Shown piece after piece: positions 10,421 to 18,506 of a stretch of 64,000 nt of DNA. A program made the translations under genes and the position numbers. Within the stretch, counting starts at the first letter, position 1. Each line of letters starts with the position of its first letter. Location: the NCBI GenBank assembly GCA_028711065.1, contig JAQTSY010000005.1, positions 7,656 through 71,655 on the forward strand, in the 5' to 3' direction. This DNA is from Minisyncoccota bacterium. Lineage in GTDB: Bacteria; Patescibacteriota; Minisyncoccia; Phycocordibacterales; JAQTLZ01. The notes beneath the pieces are model-generated. The model saw only the letters and a list, made by a program, of their open reading frames with translations. It had not been told where the DNA came from and did not search any database.

Positions 10421-10879
10421 TTATTCGCGGATAGAAATGGCCTTTTTAGTCACCTGAATCCATCGAAAAAAGAAAAAACCTATCACTGAAAAGAGAAGAC
10501 CTATACAAAAGAAGGTAATAGGAGTTCCCCAAAGCCCACCAAATGTATAAATTTTGTGCTGAGAGAAATCAGCAGAATAAATTACTTGAACCCTATCACC
10601 AATCTGATAAGGTTCCGCATTAATGCTAGACCCTGAATCGGAGGAGAAAGTCGTCTGATGCCCATCCACGATAAAAGAAACCTGTGGATAATAAGTATAT
10701 ACTGCGATACTCGAATTAGCAGATCTTGATATGACCTGCTTATATCCAACGACCTGTCCGCTTGTAACACTACCTCCCTGAAGAAGTCTGAAGCTAGAAA
10801 ATGCTACAAAGATAGATACGGAAAGAAAAACTACACCAACAGCACAGAAACAGACCATAAAAATCTTGAGAAATGTCAT
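10421..10879 (-). CDS. DUF3592-like membrane protein
   Basis: TM, then an OB-like beta segment (YYPQVSF...YQIGDRVQVIY), then TM. Confidence 0.75.
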   Translation of the reverse strand: MTFLKIFMVCFCAVGVVFLSVSIFVAFSSFRLLQGGSVTSGQVVGYKQVISRSANSSIAVYTYYPQVSFIVDGHQTTFSSDSGSSINAEPYQIGDRVQVIYSADFSQHKIYTFGGLWGTPITFFCIGLLFSVIGFFFFRWIQVTKKAISIRE

Positions 10880-10957
10880 GGATTGGAAAAGATAATTATG
10901 CTATTAGTTTAACATAAAATAGATAAAAAACTATCTGTTTACAAATCCGTACCCTAT

Positions 10958-10993
10958 TCCTTAAATACTATCATATATGATAGTATTTAAGGA
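10958..10993. repeat. 36-bp perfect palindrome (operator-like), copy 1
   Basis: TCCTTAAATACTATCATATATGATAGTATTTAAGGA is its own reverse complement and ends 10 bp before the ATG at 11003. Confidence 0.95.
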
Positions 10994-11002
10994 TACACAC
11001 AC

Positions 11003-11410
11003 ATGACACACGTATCAAGAAAACCGATGAAAAGTAAGGTTTCGAAACGACTCGAAAAAGAACTCTTGGCAGCTCTTGAACTCGCTTTTCATTCCAAACA
11101 ATCTAAGCCCCTCCTCCAATTACTTCTCACTCATACCGAGAAAATCATGTTGTCGAAACGCCTGGCAATACTGCACATGCTCGGACAAAATATACCGCAA
11201 GCAAAGATAGAGAAGGTATTGAAAGTCACAGCAGTTACTGTTTCGCGCTATACTCAAATTCTGAAAAGGGGTAAAAATGAATTGCCGGAAAATAAGCTGA
11301 AATTGAAGCGAGGCAGAAGAAAATCAAATGAACCAAACCTCTATAACGCTTTTGGACTCATGCCACCAATCGTCGGCCCAGGACGATGGGATTTTCTTGA
11401 TCGGTTGTAG
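11003..11410 (+). CDS. TrpR/YerC-like helix-turn-helix protein
   Basis: LLTHTEKIMLSKRLAILHML...IEKVLKVTAVTVSR matches the TrpR-family HTH pattern. Confidence 0.8.
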   Translation: MTHVSRKPMKSKVSKRLEKELLAALELAFHSKQSKPLLQLLLTHTEKIMLSKRLAILHMLGQNIPQAKIEKVLKVTAVTVSRYTQILKRGKNELPENKLKLKRGRRKSNEPNLYNAFGLMPPIVGPGRWDFLDRL

Positions 11411-11433
11411 ACATTCAAATCAAAACTAACCCG

Positions 11434-11469
11434 ACAGAAAATACTATCATATATGATAGTATTTTCTGT
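11434..11469. repeat. 36-bp perfect palindrome (operator-like), copy 2
   Basis: ACAGAAAATACTATCATATATGATAGTATTTTCTGT shares the 26-bp core AAATACTATCATATATGATAGTATTT with copy 1. Confidence 0.95.
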
Positions 11470-11525
11470 ATATTTTGAGTTTAAGGGTTTTATTCAATTT
11501 AATCGTATCTTTCTCTCTTAAAAAA

Positions 11526-12809
11526 TTAATACTCCAGAGCCTGTTCCATCTTTTTTTCGGCGAGGATCTGCGGAATGCCGTATGCCAGGCGATTCAATGT
11601 GACAATTTTATCTTTTATGCGAGAGGCGTATTTTTCTGATTCGGGAGGAATGCCGATGCCAGAGAAAGCGGTGCTTGTTTTCCCGTCGATCATGAGTTTT
11701 ATATAAAAATGAAAACGAGGAAGCCCCAAAAAGTCATCGACGGTCATCGGTTCAAATTCTTTCTCCAAAATCTCCGCGTCCTCGGCGCCAACTTCAAACG
11801 CGAGCATTGTGCCGATGTTTCCAAGCACGGCCTTCATAATCCCTTCTGGAAGTTGCGCCAAATACTGATTGGTAATGTGAATTCCCAACGCATATTTTCG
11901 GGATTCACTCAGGAGGCTTGTGAACGTGTCGGTCGTAAAATTTTGAAACTCATCGACGTAAAGATAGAACGGCACACGCCTATTCGCAGATTCATTCGCC
12001 CGTCTTTGAATCGCCCCCTGAAGACGCGAAATGAGAATGAGACCGAGCATATGCGCGTTTATATCTCCAATTTTTCCTTTTGAGAGATTCACAAGCAAAA
12101 TTTTATTACTGTTCATCAAGGTATCGAAATTGAAACTGCTCGTGCGCTGACCGATGATATTTCGCATCAGCTTATTGTTCATAAAATGCCCGAATTTGGA
12201 GAGGAAATAGTTGAGCATTTCACTCTTGTGGAAATCCGAAGTCTTCGCCATCTGTTTCGTCCAGAAATCAATCACCATCGGGTCTTTCAATTCTTTCCGC
12301 TTTTTCATCTCGAATTCTTTATCAACAAAAAGCTTTGGAATTTCCAATAGGCTTCCACCCTCCGGCCCCGCCATAACAGTCAAAGCGGCATTTCGAAGCC
12401 AATGCTCGAATTGAGGGCCGATGATTCCAGTTTTTTCCGGATCAAATAATTTATAGAATATTTGAATACATTCCCCCACCAAAAAATCTTTTTCCTGGTC
12501 ATCCCGTGCTTCCAAAAGATTTAATCCAAAAGGAAATTCCGTATCGCTTGGGTCAAAAAGGATGACATCTTCAAGCCGCTCTTTCGGAATATGTGAAAGA
12601 AGCCAATCAACAGACTCTCCATGCGGATCAATAAAACAAACCCCATGACCCTCTTTGATATCCTGAAGGCACATGTTTTGAAAAACGGTGGACTTCCCCA
12701 CTCCGGTTTTCCCAATCATATACATGTGTCGAAGACGATCTTTCTCATTCATTCCGATGAGGGTACGTCTGCCGTGATATTCATTTGCGCCGATGGTAAT
12801 AAATGACAT
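11526..12809 (-). CDS. VirD4/TraD/VirB4-like (HerA-FtsK superfamily) ATPase, no TM
   Basis: RLRHMYMIGKTGVGKST Walker A, IDPHG, LYVDEFQNF Walker B, ESRKY, NQYLAQL. Confidence 0.85.
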   Translation of the reverse strand: MSFITIGANEYHGRRTLIGMNEKDRLRHMYMIGKTGVGKSTVFQNMCLQDIKEGHGVCFIDPHGESVDWLLSHIPKERLEDVILFDPSDTEFPFGLNLLEARDDQEKDFLVGECIQIFYKLFDPEKTGIIGPQFEHWLRNAALTVMAGPEGGSLLEIPKLFVDKEFEMKKRKELKDPMVIDFWTKQMAKTSDFHKSEMLNYFLSKFGHFMNNKLMRNIIGQRTSSFNFDTLMNSNKILLVNLSKGKIGDINAHMLGLILISRLQGAIQRRANESANRRVPFYLYVDEFQNFTTDTFTSLLSESRKYALGIHITNQYLAQLPEGIMKAVLGNIGTMLAFEVGAEDAEILEKEFEPMTVDDFLGLPRFHFYIKLMIDGKTSTAFSGIGIPPESEKYASRIKDKIVTLNRLAYGIPQILAEKKMEQALEY

Positions 12810-12822
12810 GTTAATTGTAGAT

Positions 12823-12987
12823 GAAATTATGAAAATGATGTTTTTTAAAATATTGCGCAAACTCGCGTGCACGGTCTGTCAACGACCCGCCTCGGGCGGG
12901 CTTATTGACAGACGCGAGTTGAGCATAGCAAAAATTCTCGCAGGGAATTTTATGTCGTATTTTAAAAAACATCATTTTCATAATTTC
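12823..12987. repeat. 165-bp element with perfect 30-bp terminal inverted repeats and nested hairpins (MITE-like or structured RNA)
   Basis: 12823-12852 GAAATTATGAAAATGATGTTTTTTAAAATA is the exact reverse complement of 12958-12987. Internal stems: AACTCGCGT/ACGCGAGTT, GTCTGTCAA/TTGACAGAC, CCCGCC/GGCGGG. Confidence 0.9.
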
Positions 12988-12997
12988 GTAAGTCATA

Positions 12998-13315
12998 TTA
13001 TTCAAAAAAAGTTAGGTCAAGCGATTTTTCCGTAAAATAATTCTCATCCAAAACTCGTTTTCGATTTTTCTTTGCCTCCTGAAGCTCTTTTTCTTTTTGG
13101 ATAATAAGAGCAAATTCTTTTGCTTCCCTGCTTATTTTTTCGATAAGCGATTTCTGAAGAGGAATGGAAATATACTCGGAAAGCGAAGAAAGCATTTCTG
13201 TTCGTTGTGCGTGCATTTTTTCAAGAGAAGGAGATGCGGCAAGTTTCCCGTCGATTTTCGCCTCCTCCAAACTCATCCCCACTTCCACTGAATGTAATTT
13301 TTCGTTTTTTCTCAT
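12998..13315 (-). CDS. Small charged, probably coiled-coil hypothetical protein
   Basis: 105-aa E/K-rich ORF starting 1 bp after the Clp-like gene stop. Confidence 0.7.
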   Translation of the reverse strand: MRKNEKLHSVEVGMSLEEAKIDGKLAASPSLEKMHAQRTEMLSSLSEYISIPLQKSLIEKISREAKEFALIIQKEKELQEAKKNRKRVLDENYFTEKSLDLTFFE

Positions 13316-13316
13316 C

Positions 13317-14981
13317 CTATTTTTTGTTTAAAAGGGAGCGGGCAAGAAGCGATTCACATGTTTCCTCAATAAATCGCTTTACTGGACGTGCGCCGAAACG
13401 CGGGTCAACCATGGTTTTTATTCTTGCTTCGAGAAGTTTCGGATCAATATCAAACTGCACTCTATGTTTCGAAAGTCGTGCTTCAATTTTCTTGATTTCA
13501 AGCTGTGCAACCTCGACAAGACCCTTGAGAGAAAGCGGATTGAAAATGAGAATGCTGTCGAAGCGATTCAAAAATTCAAGGCGGAAAGTCTTCGCAAGTG
13601 CTGGTATTATTGTTTCTTTGAGAAAGGCTTCGCTTCCCAGATCAGTTCCCTTTTCGAATTCTTTCAGAATTTCATCCACAGCAATATTCGAAGTCGCCAT
13701 AATGATAGAGTGGCGAGCGTCTACGGTTTCATTTTGTCCTGAAGTGAGACGCCCGTCATCGAGAACCTGAAGAAAAATATCGAATACTTTTGGGTGTGCC
13801 TTTTCAATTTCATCGAGAAGAATGAGGCTGTGAGGTTCTTCGCGAAGCGCGTTGGTAAGAGCTCCTCCGTTTTCATATCCGATGTATCCTGCCGGAGCGC
13901 CGATAAGCCTCTGTACAGTGTGATCCTGCCCAAATTCCGACATATCAAAACGAATAAATGTTTCGCTTCGTCCGAACATATTTTCTGCAATAAGTTTTGC
14001 TGTTTCCGTTTTCCCCACACCGGATGGACCGAGCATAAGGAATGAACCGAGAGGCTTATTCGGATTTCGAATTCCTAGTTTCGCTCTTTGGAGCGTCGCA
14101 GCGATTTTCTTTATTGCTCCTTTTTGGTTGATTATTCTTTCGCTCAAAACAGATTCAAGATTTTTGAGCACATGAAGTTCATCGGGCTTTAATTGCGCTT
14201 TAGGAATTCCTGTTTTCCCAGCAACAACAGAAGCAATAATGTCGTCCGAAAGCTCTTTCTTTCCAAGCGACACCGCAAAGCCGAGGCTTTCATCAAGAAG
14301 ACTGACTGCTCCCCGAGGCAATTGCCCTAGTTTCGGAAATCGTTCTACAAAGCCAACAATTTCCTTGAGCACCGTAGCCGAAACCAAAATATGCTCCCCA
14401 TTCAAATTCGGCAGTGCTCTTTCGAGAATTTGTGCGTATTCAAGCGAAGTTTGATTCTTCACCTGTATCGTTTCAAAAGATTTCACAAACGCTGGATGTT
14501 CCCGCTCGAGCCAAGCATATTCATTCGGTTCAAGGGCCAAAACGATTCGCACGTGAGACTTTTTCAGAAGTATCTGGTAGAGGCGAAAAATATTTTTCAA
14601 AAGTGAACCGTTGCCAAATACCGCTCTGCCAAAATTATCAATAAATAAAACCGAAGGAGGCAAAGTGATCAGCGCCTGCTCAAAATATTTCGCGTACGTT
14701 TCATTTTCAAGTTCGTATAAATGCTCCGCATCAAGTTGGACGAATTGGAGCGAATCAAACTCTTTCTTCCCTGCCATTTTTTTCATCCAGCCATAGACAA
14801 GGGTAGTTTTCCCAATGCCATTTGAGCCAACAACAAGTACATTGTTGCTTATCTTTCGAGTTACAACACGAGTCAATCTCTCCATTTCTTCGGTACGACC
14901 AATCACATTCGGTAACTTTCCCGCTCGCACTTCTTTGCGAAGATCAAAATATTCAATTTTTTTAAAGTGAAAGTCAGTCAT
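13317..14981 (-). CDS. ClpA/B-like double AAA+ ATPase lacking N-domain and M-domain
   Basis: VIGRTEE; NBD1 GSNGIGKT with degenerate Walker B LFIDNF; NBD2 GPSGVGKTE, DMSEF, GAPAGYIGY, LLDEIEKAHP, LDDGRLT, EFLNRFD, FGARP. Confidence 0.92.
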   Translation of the reverse strand: MTDFHFKKIEYFDLRKEVRAGKLPNVIGRTEEMERLTRVVTRKISNNVLVVGSNGIGKTTLVYGWMKKMAGKKEFDSLQFVQLDAEHLYELENETYAKYFEQALITLPPSVLFIDNFGRAVFGNGSLLKNIFRLYQILLKKSHVRIVLALEPNEYAWLEREHPAFVKSFETIQVKNQTSLEYAQILERALPNLNGEHILVSATVLKEIVGFVERFPKLGQLPRGAVSLLDESLGFAVSLGKKELSDDIIASVVAGKTGIPKAQLKPDELHVLKNLESVLSERIINQKGAIKKIAATLQRAKLGIRNPNKPLGSFLMLGPSGVGKTETAKLIAENMFGRSETFIRFDMSEFGQDHTVQRLIGAPAGYIGYENGGALTNALREEPHSLILLDEIEKAHPKVFDIFLQVLDDGRLTSGQNETVDARHSIIMATSNIAVDEILKEFEKGTDLGSEAFLKETIIPALAKTFRLEFLNRFDSILIFNPLSLKGLVEVAQLEIKKIEARLSKHRVQFDIDPKLLEARIKTMVDPRFGARPVKRFIEETCESLLARSLLNKK

Positions 14982-14991
14982 TGCGAATTAT

Positions 14992-16827
14992 TTATGCGGC
15001 TCGTCTCATTGTAATACCGCTCGATGGATCACTTTCGGTATAATTTCTCTCCACTTCTACCTCATCTCTTGCCGGAGATTGTGAGCCCGCTGCGCCTCCC
15101 AGAATCCCAGTCCTCTCTCGGGATTCCGCAAAACTTACAATTTTTTCTTGCCCGCCTCCAGTCGCAGGCATCTCTAGAGCCATTTGAGACCCATCTTGGT
15201 TTTCATTTTCTCGTTCCCGCTCCACACCAACCTTTTGCAGAGATTCTTGTCTTACTTCAGCACGAGAAATGTAAGGAGAAATAATAGGTGCTTTTTCAGA
15301 AGTTTCCTTCGCTTCAGATTTTTCAGTTTTTTCTCGGCTTTCAACTTCCGGTTTCTGTTCTTTTACTGGAATAATCTTTTCCTCTTTTATTTGAGGTTTT
15401 TCAGCAACAGTTTCTTCGGACTTTTCGACTTTTTCAAGCTTTTTGATTTCTGGTTTTACTAATTTTACTTTTTCAATGACAGGAACGATTTTCACTGGCT
15501 CTAATTCTTCTTTAGACTCTTCCATCTTCCTCTCTCGAATAATCGGTTCTTCTTTTGGAATTTCATCCTTAATAACAACATCCTGGGCCTCCACGACGGG
15601 AGACACTTCAACTTCTTTCTCCAACACTTCAGGAAGTATCTTTAACTCGATACCCGTAGGCATTTCTTCTTGCACCCGAACGTCAATAATAACCTTCTCA
15701 ACTTTATCCGTTTCTAATACAACTTCTTCAGGTGTAGTTTGGTCTTGAGAAATTATAGTTTCTTTATCCTCTTCAATTTTTACTTGCGGTTCTTTGGTTT
15801 CGATTTCTGGCGCGACATCCTCTATAATAATTTCTTCATCTTTGATTTCAGACATTTCTACCGCAACAACCTTTGTTTCTTCAGTTCTTTCAGTCTTTTT
15901 TGTAACAGCAGAAGTATCTGCTTTTTCTTGAGGCTTGAGAACCTCTTTTTGAACTGCTTCTGGTTTAGAAACGGTTTCCGGAGAAGATAGCTGCGCTTTC
16001 AAAGTATTAAAGTACGATGTGCCGTTAAACAAAGAGGCGATAGAAAAAGTATCGATGGTATTGGCCTTTTCTACTTCATCGTGTGTGGTTTGGCCTTCTT
16101 GAGCATTTGAAAAAGTCCCCACAGAATTTTCCATTCCCAACTGCCCACGCAATTCAGCATTTACATCAATAACAAGCGGTTCGGCCTGCATGAAAGGATC
16201 TCCATTATCAAAAGGCATACTTCCTTCATCAGAACCATCATCTTGATTGGCTTCAGTGAGCTTTACGAGTTCTTGTTCTGGATGTAAGTAATGGGAATAT
16301 TTAATCTCATTATTCTGGCCTTCAAGACGAACAAAAGTTACATGGGTACCTTTTTCATCAACAATTTTAAAAGAATAAGATCCTTTTTCAGCCAGACCCC
16401 TTCTCATCTCTTCATCTATCTTTCGAAAATTCTCATTCTCGTTCACAGAACCTTTCCCCTCCTTATCAGTCAGACACTCTTCGGTCGCCAAATCATAGAT
16501 TTTTCCATCTGTTTCATTTAAGTAAGTTTTATCACCGGAAATATTTATTTCATCATCTACCCCCCACTCCTTACCCCTTCCCCCATGTTCTTTCGCGATA
16601 ATTGCTCGAATATCTCCGTCTCTCCACTCTCCTCTTTCGTCTTTTCGTGAAGGCTTTTCTCCTAATTCTGTTTTAGACTCTCCTTCGGCCCCAGTCTCTT
16701 CAACACGCGAAGCTTCAGGATTGCCAAAATCTTCTCTGTAATCAAAAGCACGAAGAGGCTCTTCCGCGACGAAAGAACCTAAACCTGCCTGTTCTTCTAA
16801 TTCTGCTGTTGGAGCTGGCTCATCCAT
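14992..16827 (-). CDS. Large acidic Glu/Lys-rich, probably mostly disordered, hypothetical protein (611 aa)
   Basis: Long open frame from ATG 16827 (MDEPAP) with low-complexity E/K/V/P composition; ends ITMRRAA. Confidence 0.85.
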   Translation of the reverse strand: MDEPAPTAELEEQAGLGSFVAEEPLRAFDYREDFGNPEASRVEETGAEGESKTELGEKPSRKDERGEWRDGDIRAIIAKEHGGRGKEWGVDDEINISGDKTYLNETDGKIYDLATEECLTDKEGKGSVNENENFRKIDEEMRRGLAEKGSYSFKIVDEKGTHVTFVRLEGQNNEIKYSHYLHPEQELVKLTEANQDDGSDEGSMPFDNGDPFMQAEPLVIDVNAELRGQLGMENSVGTFSNAQEGQTTHDEVEKANTIDTFSIASLFNGTSYFNTLKAQLSSPETVSKPEAVQKEVLKPQEKADTSAVTKKTERTEETKVVAVEMSEIKDEEIIIEDVAPEIETKEPQVKIEEDKETIISQDQTTPEEVVLETDKVEKVIIDVRVQEEMPTGIELKILPEVLEKEVEVSPVVEAQDVVIKDEIPKEEPIIRERKMEESKEELEPVKIVPVIEKVKLVKPEIKKLEKVEKSEETVAEKPQIKEEKIIPVKEQKPEVESREKTEKSEAKETSEKAPIISPYISRAEVRQESLQKVGVERERENENQDGSQMALEMPATGGGQEKIVSFAESRERTGILGGAAGSQSPARDEVEVERNYTESDPSSGITMRRAA

Positions 16828-16846
16828 TTTGTATAAAAAAATAAAG

Positions 16847-16874
16847 ACAAAAAATCCTTCTCGATGAAAGAAGG
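16847..16874 (-). terminator. Leader intrinsic terminator (probable riboswitch expression platform)
   Basis: Minus-strand hairpin CCUUCU-UUCAUCG-AGAAGG followed by AUUUUUU, about 20 nt before the start codon. Confidence 0.6.
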
Positions 16875-16911
16875 TGACGAAGAGACGCACGCGCGCACTC
16901 TTTAATCTCAC

Positions 16912-17030
16912 ATCCTTTACTCGAGGACTGACGAAACATACTTTCGTGCGCGGTATTCGGACTTCTCTTTTTCAAGAGTTACCGTAGCGGTACTGTGCCG
17001 GAATTACACCGGACTTCCCCAACGCAACGA
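16912..17030 (-). ncRNA. Cobalamin riboswitch (compact class II-like)
   Basis: Minus strand reads GGGGAAGUCCGGUGUAAUUCCGGCACAGUACCGCUACGGUAA-CUCUUGAAAAAGAG-AAGUCCGAAUACC, the B12-element core and B12-box-like segment. A downstream P13-like hairpin GUCCU-CGAGUAA-AGGAU has a loop GUA complementary to L5 UAC. Confidence 0.8.
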
Positions 17031-17076
17031 AATAATTTTTCAAACACAACAATCAAAACCGGAAACGTATATGGAT

Positions 17077-17104
17077 ATTATATGTCACGGAGAAACACGT
17101 GCAA
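17077..17104 (-). promoter_or_regulatory. Sigma70-type promoter upstream of the riboswitch
   Basis: TTGCAC-N16-TATAAT on the minus strand. Confidence 0.6.
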
Positions 17105-17192
17105 GAGTGGATTACTACGCACAGCACAGATTAAAATAAAAGCTAGGGAAAAATTTTTAAAGCTCATAAAATAAGGAGATTCCTGGAATTAG

Positions 17193-18077
17193 CTAAGAAC
17201 ACATCTCTTCAATCACTCCGTCCGTTAGATCATTATTACTAGGAAAAATCTCTGTGGCACCGACTTTCTTTGCAATTGCAAGATAAACAGATTGTCCAAC
17301 GGCAATATTGTCGCAAAACGCCGGATCTTTCGGATACATCTTTTTTAATTCATCGATTGGTGTTCGCCTTAATTTCTGAACATAATCAGAAAAACCATCC
17401 GGAGAAAACAGTATTGTGTGCACAGGAAATGTGCCTTGTGTAAAAGATAACTTAAGAGGAGAACTGATTAATTCTACGAAATGCAAGATTCCGGTGACAA
17501 AAATAATATCTGCCTTTTCGTTTATGATCATTTCCGCCTCTAAATACTTGTCGAGACTATCCCAATCAATAGCGCCATCACTCCGTAAAAATTTTGCCTT
17601 CAAAAATTTAACTCCGAAAGGGAATTTATTAAAGCTTTTTAGATCTTTCTTATATCCAAAAACTAATTCTGTACTTCCTCCGCCAATATTTACTGCTGCA
17701 AACTGGATTTTTGATGGAATCATATTAACAAACCCTTTATAGAGATAAAGAGCCTCTTTCTCTTGAGAAATAACCTCTGGCGTCACAGAAAGAATGTCCT
17801 CAACCATTCGGCAAAACTCGGGAGCATTTTTTGCTTTTCTCAAAGCCTCTGTGCCAAGGACTTTTAGCATTTTCACGCCTTCTTTTTTATTTCGGGCCAA
17901 AGCAACCGAAAGAAGCTCTGAAGCTCTCTGAAATGCCTCGGGAGCAATATTTTCAGCTACACCGAGACCAACATCGGAATATCGTTCAAAATGTATAAGT
18001 TTTTTGGGACCTTTTTTTACTTCAAAAATATAATGTTTGAGACTTTGAGTTCCAATATCAATGATCGAGATTTTCAT
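17193..18077 (-). CDS. Ppx/GppA family phosphatase (single domain)
   Basis: IIDIGTQS, GTEALRKAKN, ISQEKEA, NIGGGSTE motifs. Confidence 0.85.
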   Translation of the reverse strand: MKISIIDIGTQSLKHYIFEVKKGPKKLIHFERYSDVGLGVAENIAPEAFQRASELLSVALARNKKEGVKMLKVLGTEALRKAKNAPEFCRMVEDILSVTPEVISQEKEALYLYKGFVNMIPSKIQFAAVNIGGGSTELVFGYKKDLKSFNKFPFGVKFLKAKFLRSDGAIDWDSLDKYLEAEMIINEKADIIFVTGILHFVELISSPLKLSFTQGTFPVHTILFSPDGFSDYVQKLRRTPIDELKKMYPKDPAFCDNIAVGQSVYLAIAKKVGATEIFPSNNDLTDGVIEEMCS

Positions 18078-18502
18078 GAATTGAAATAAACTCTTTTTTT
18101 CTGGTAATTTTCTAAAATAACTTTCGATCCCGAGAAAAGGGGCTCTGGCAGATTATCGAGCGGATACCAATCCCATTCTCCGCTTTTTTCTGGCTCCATC
18201 ACCCGCGGCTCTCCGCTTGACCAATCTGCCGACATTCCGATATGAACATAATGCCGAGGGGGATATAATTTCGTCGTACCAACCGAAACAAATCGAATAT
18301 TTTTTATTTCAATATCGCATTCCTCTTTCGTTTCGCGCATTGCGCACTCTTCAAACGTCTCCATGTACTCCAAATGTCCCCCGGGAAATTGATATTCCCC
18401 ATTCCCAAATTGCCCTTTTCTTTTAGCTAAAAGAATTTTGCCATCTTTGAAAACAATGACGCCCATCCCCACTCTGGGTTTTAATTCTTTTGAATCAGCC
18501 AT
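18074..18502 (-). CDS. NUDIX hydrolase (NUDT15/MutT-like)
   Basis: PGGHLEYMETFEECAMRETKEECDI Nudix box; EPEK...WDW. Confidence 0.92.
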   Translation of the reverse strand: MADSKELKPRVGMGVIVFKDGKILLAKRKGQFGNGEYQFPGGHLEYMETFEECAMRETKEECDIEIKNIRFVSVGTTKLYPPRHYVHIGMSADWSSGEPRVMEPEKSGEWDWYPLDNLPEPLFSGSKVILENYQKKRVYFNS

Positions 18503-18506
18503 AAAA

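Noticed and set aside
11526-12809. Conjugative element or complete type IV secretion system
   Set aside because: No relaxase, VirB channel or pilin genes, integrase or oriT-like context was seen in the window.
12811-13005. 64-aa and 80-aa ORFs on opposite strands, both containing EIMKMMFFKI
   Set aside because: They are by-products of the 30-bp inverted repeat; no protein-like features.
16828-16911. N-terminal extension of the acidic protein given in the ORF track
   Set aside because: It overlaps the riboswitch expression platform and terminator; ATG 16827 is the more plausible start.
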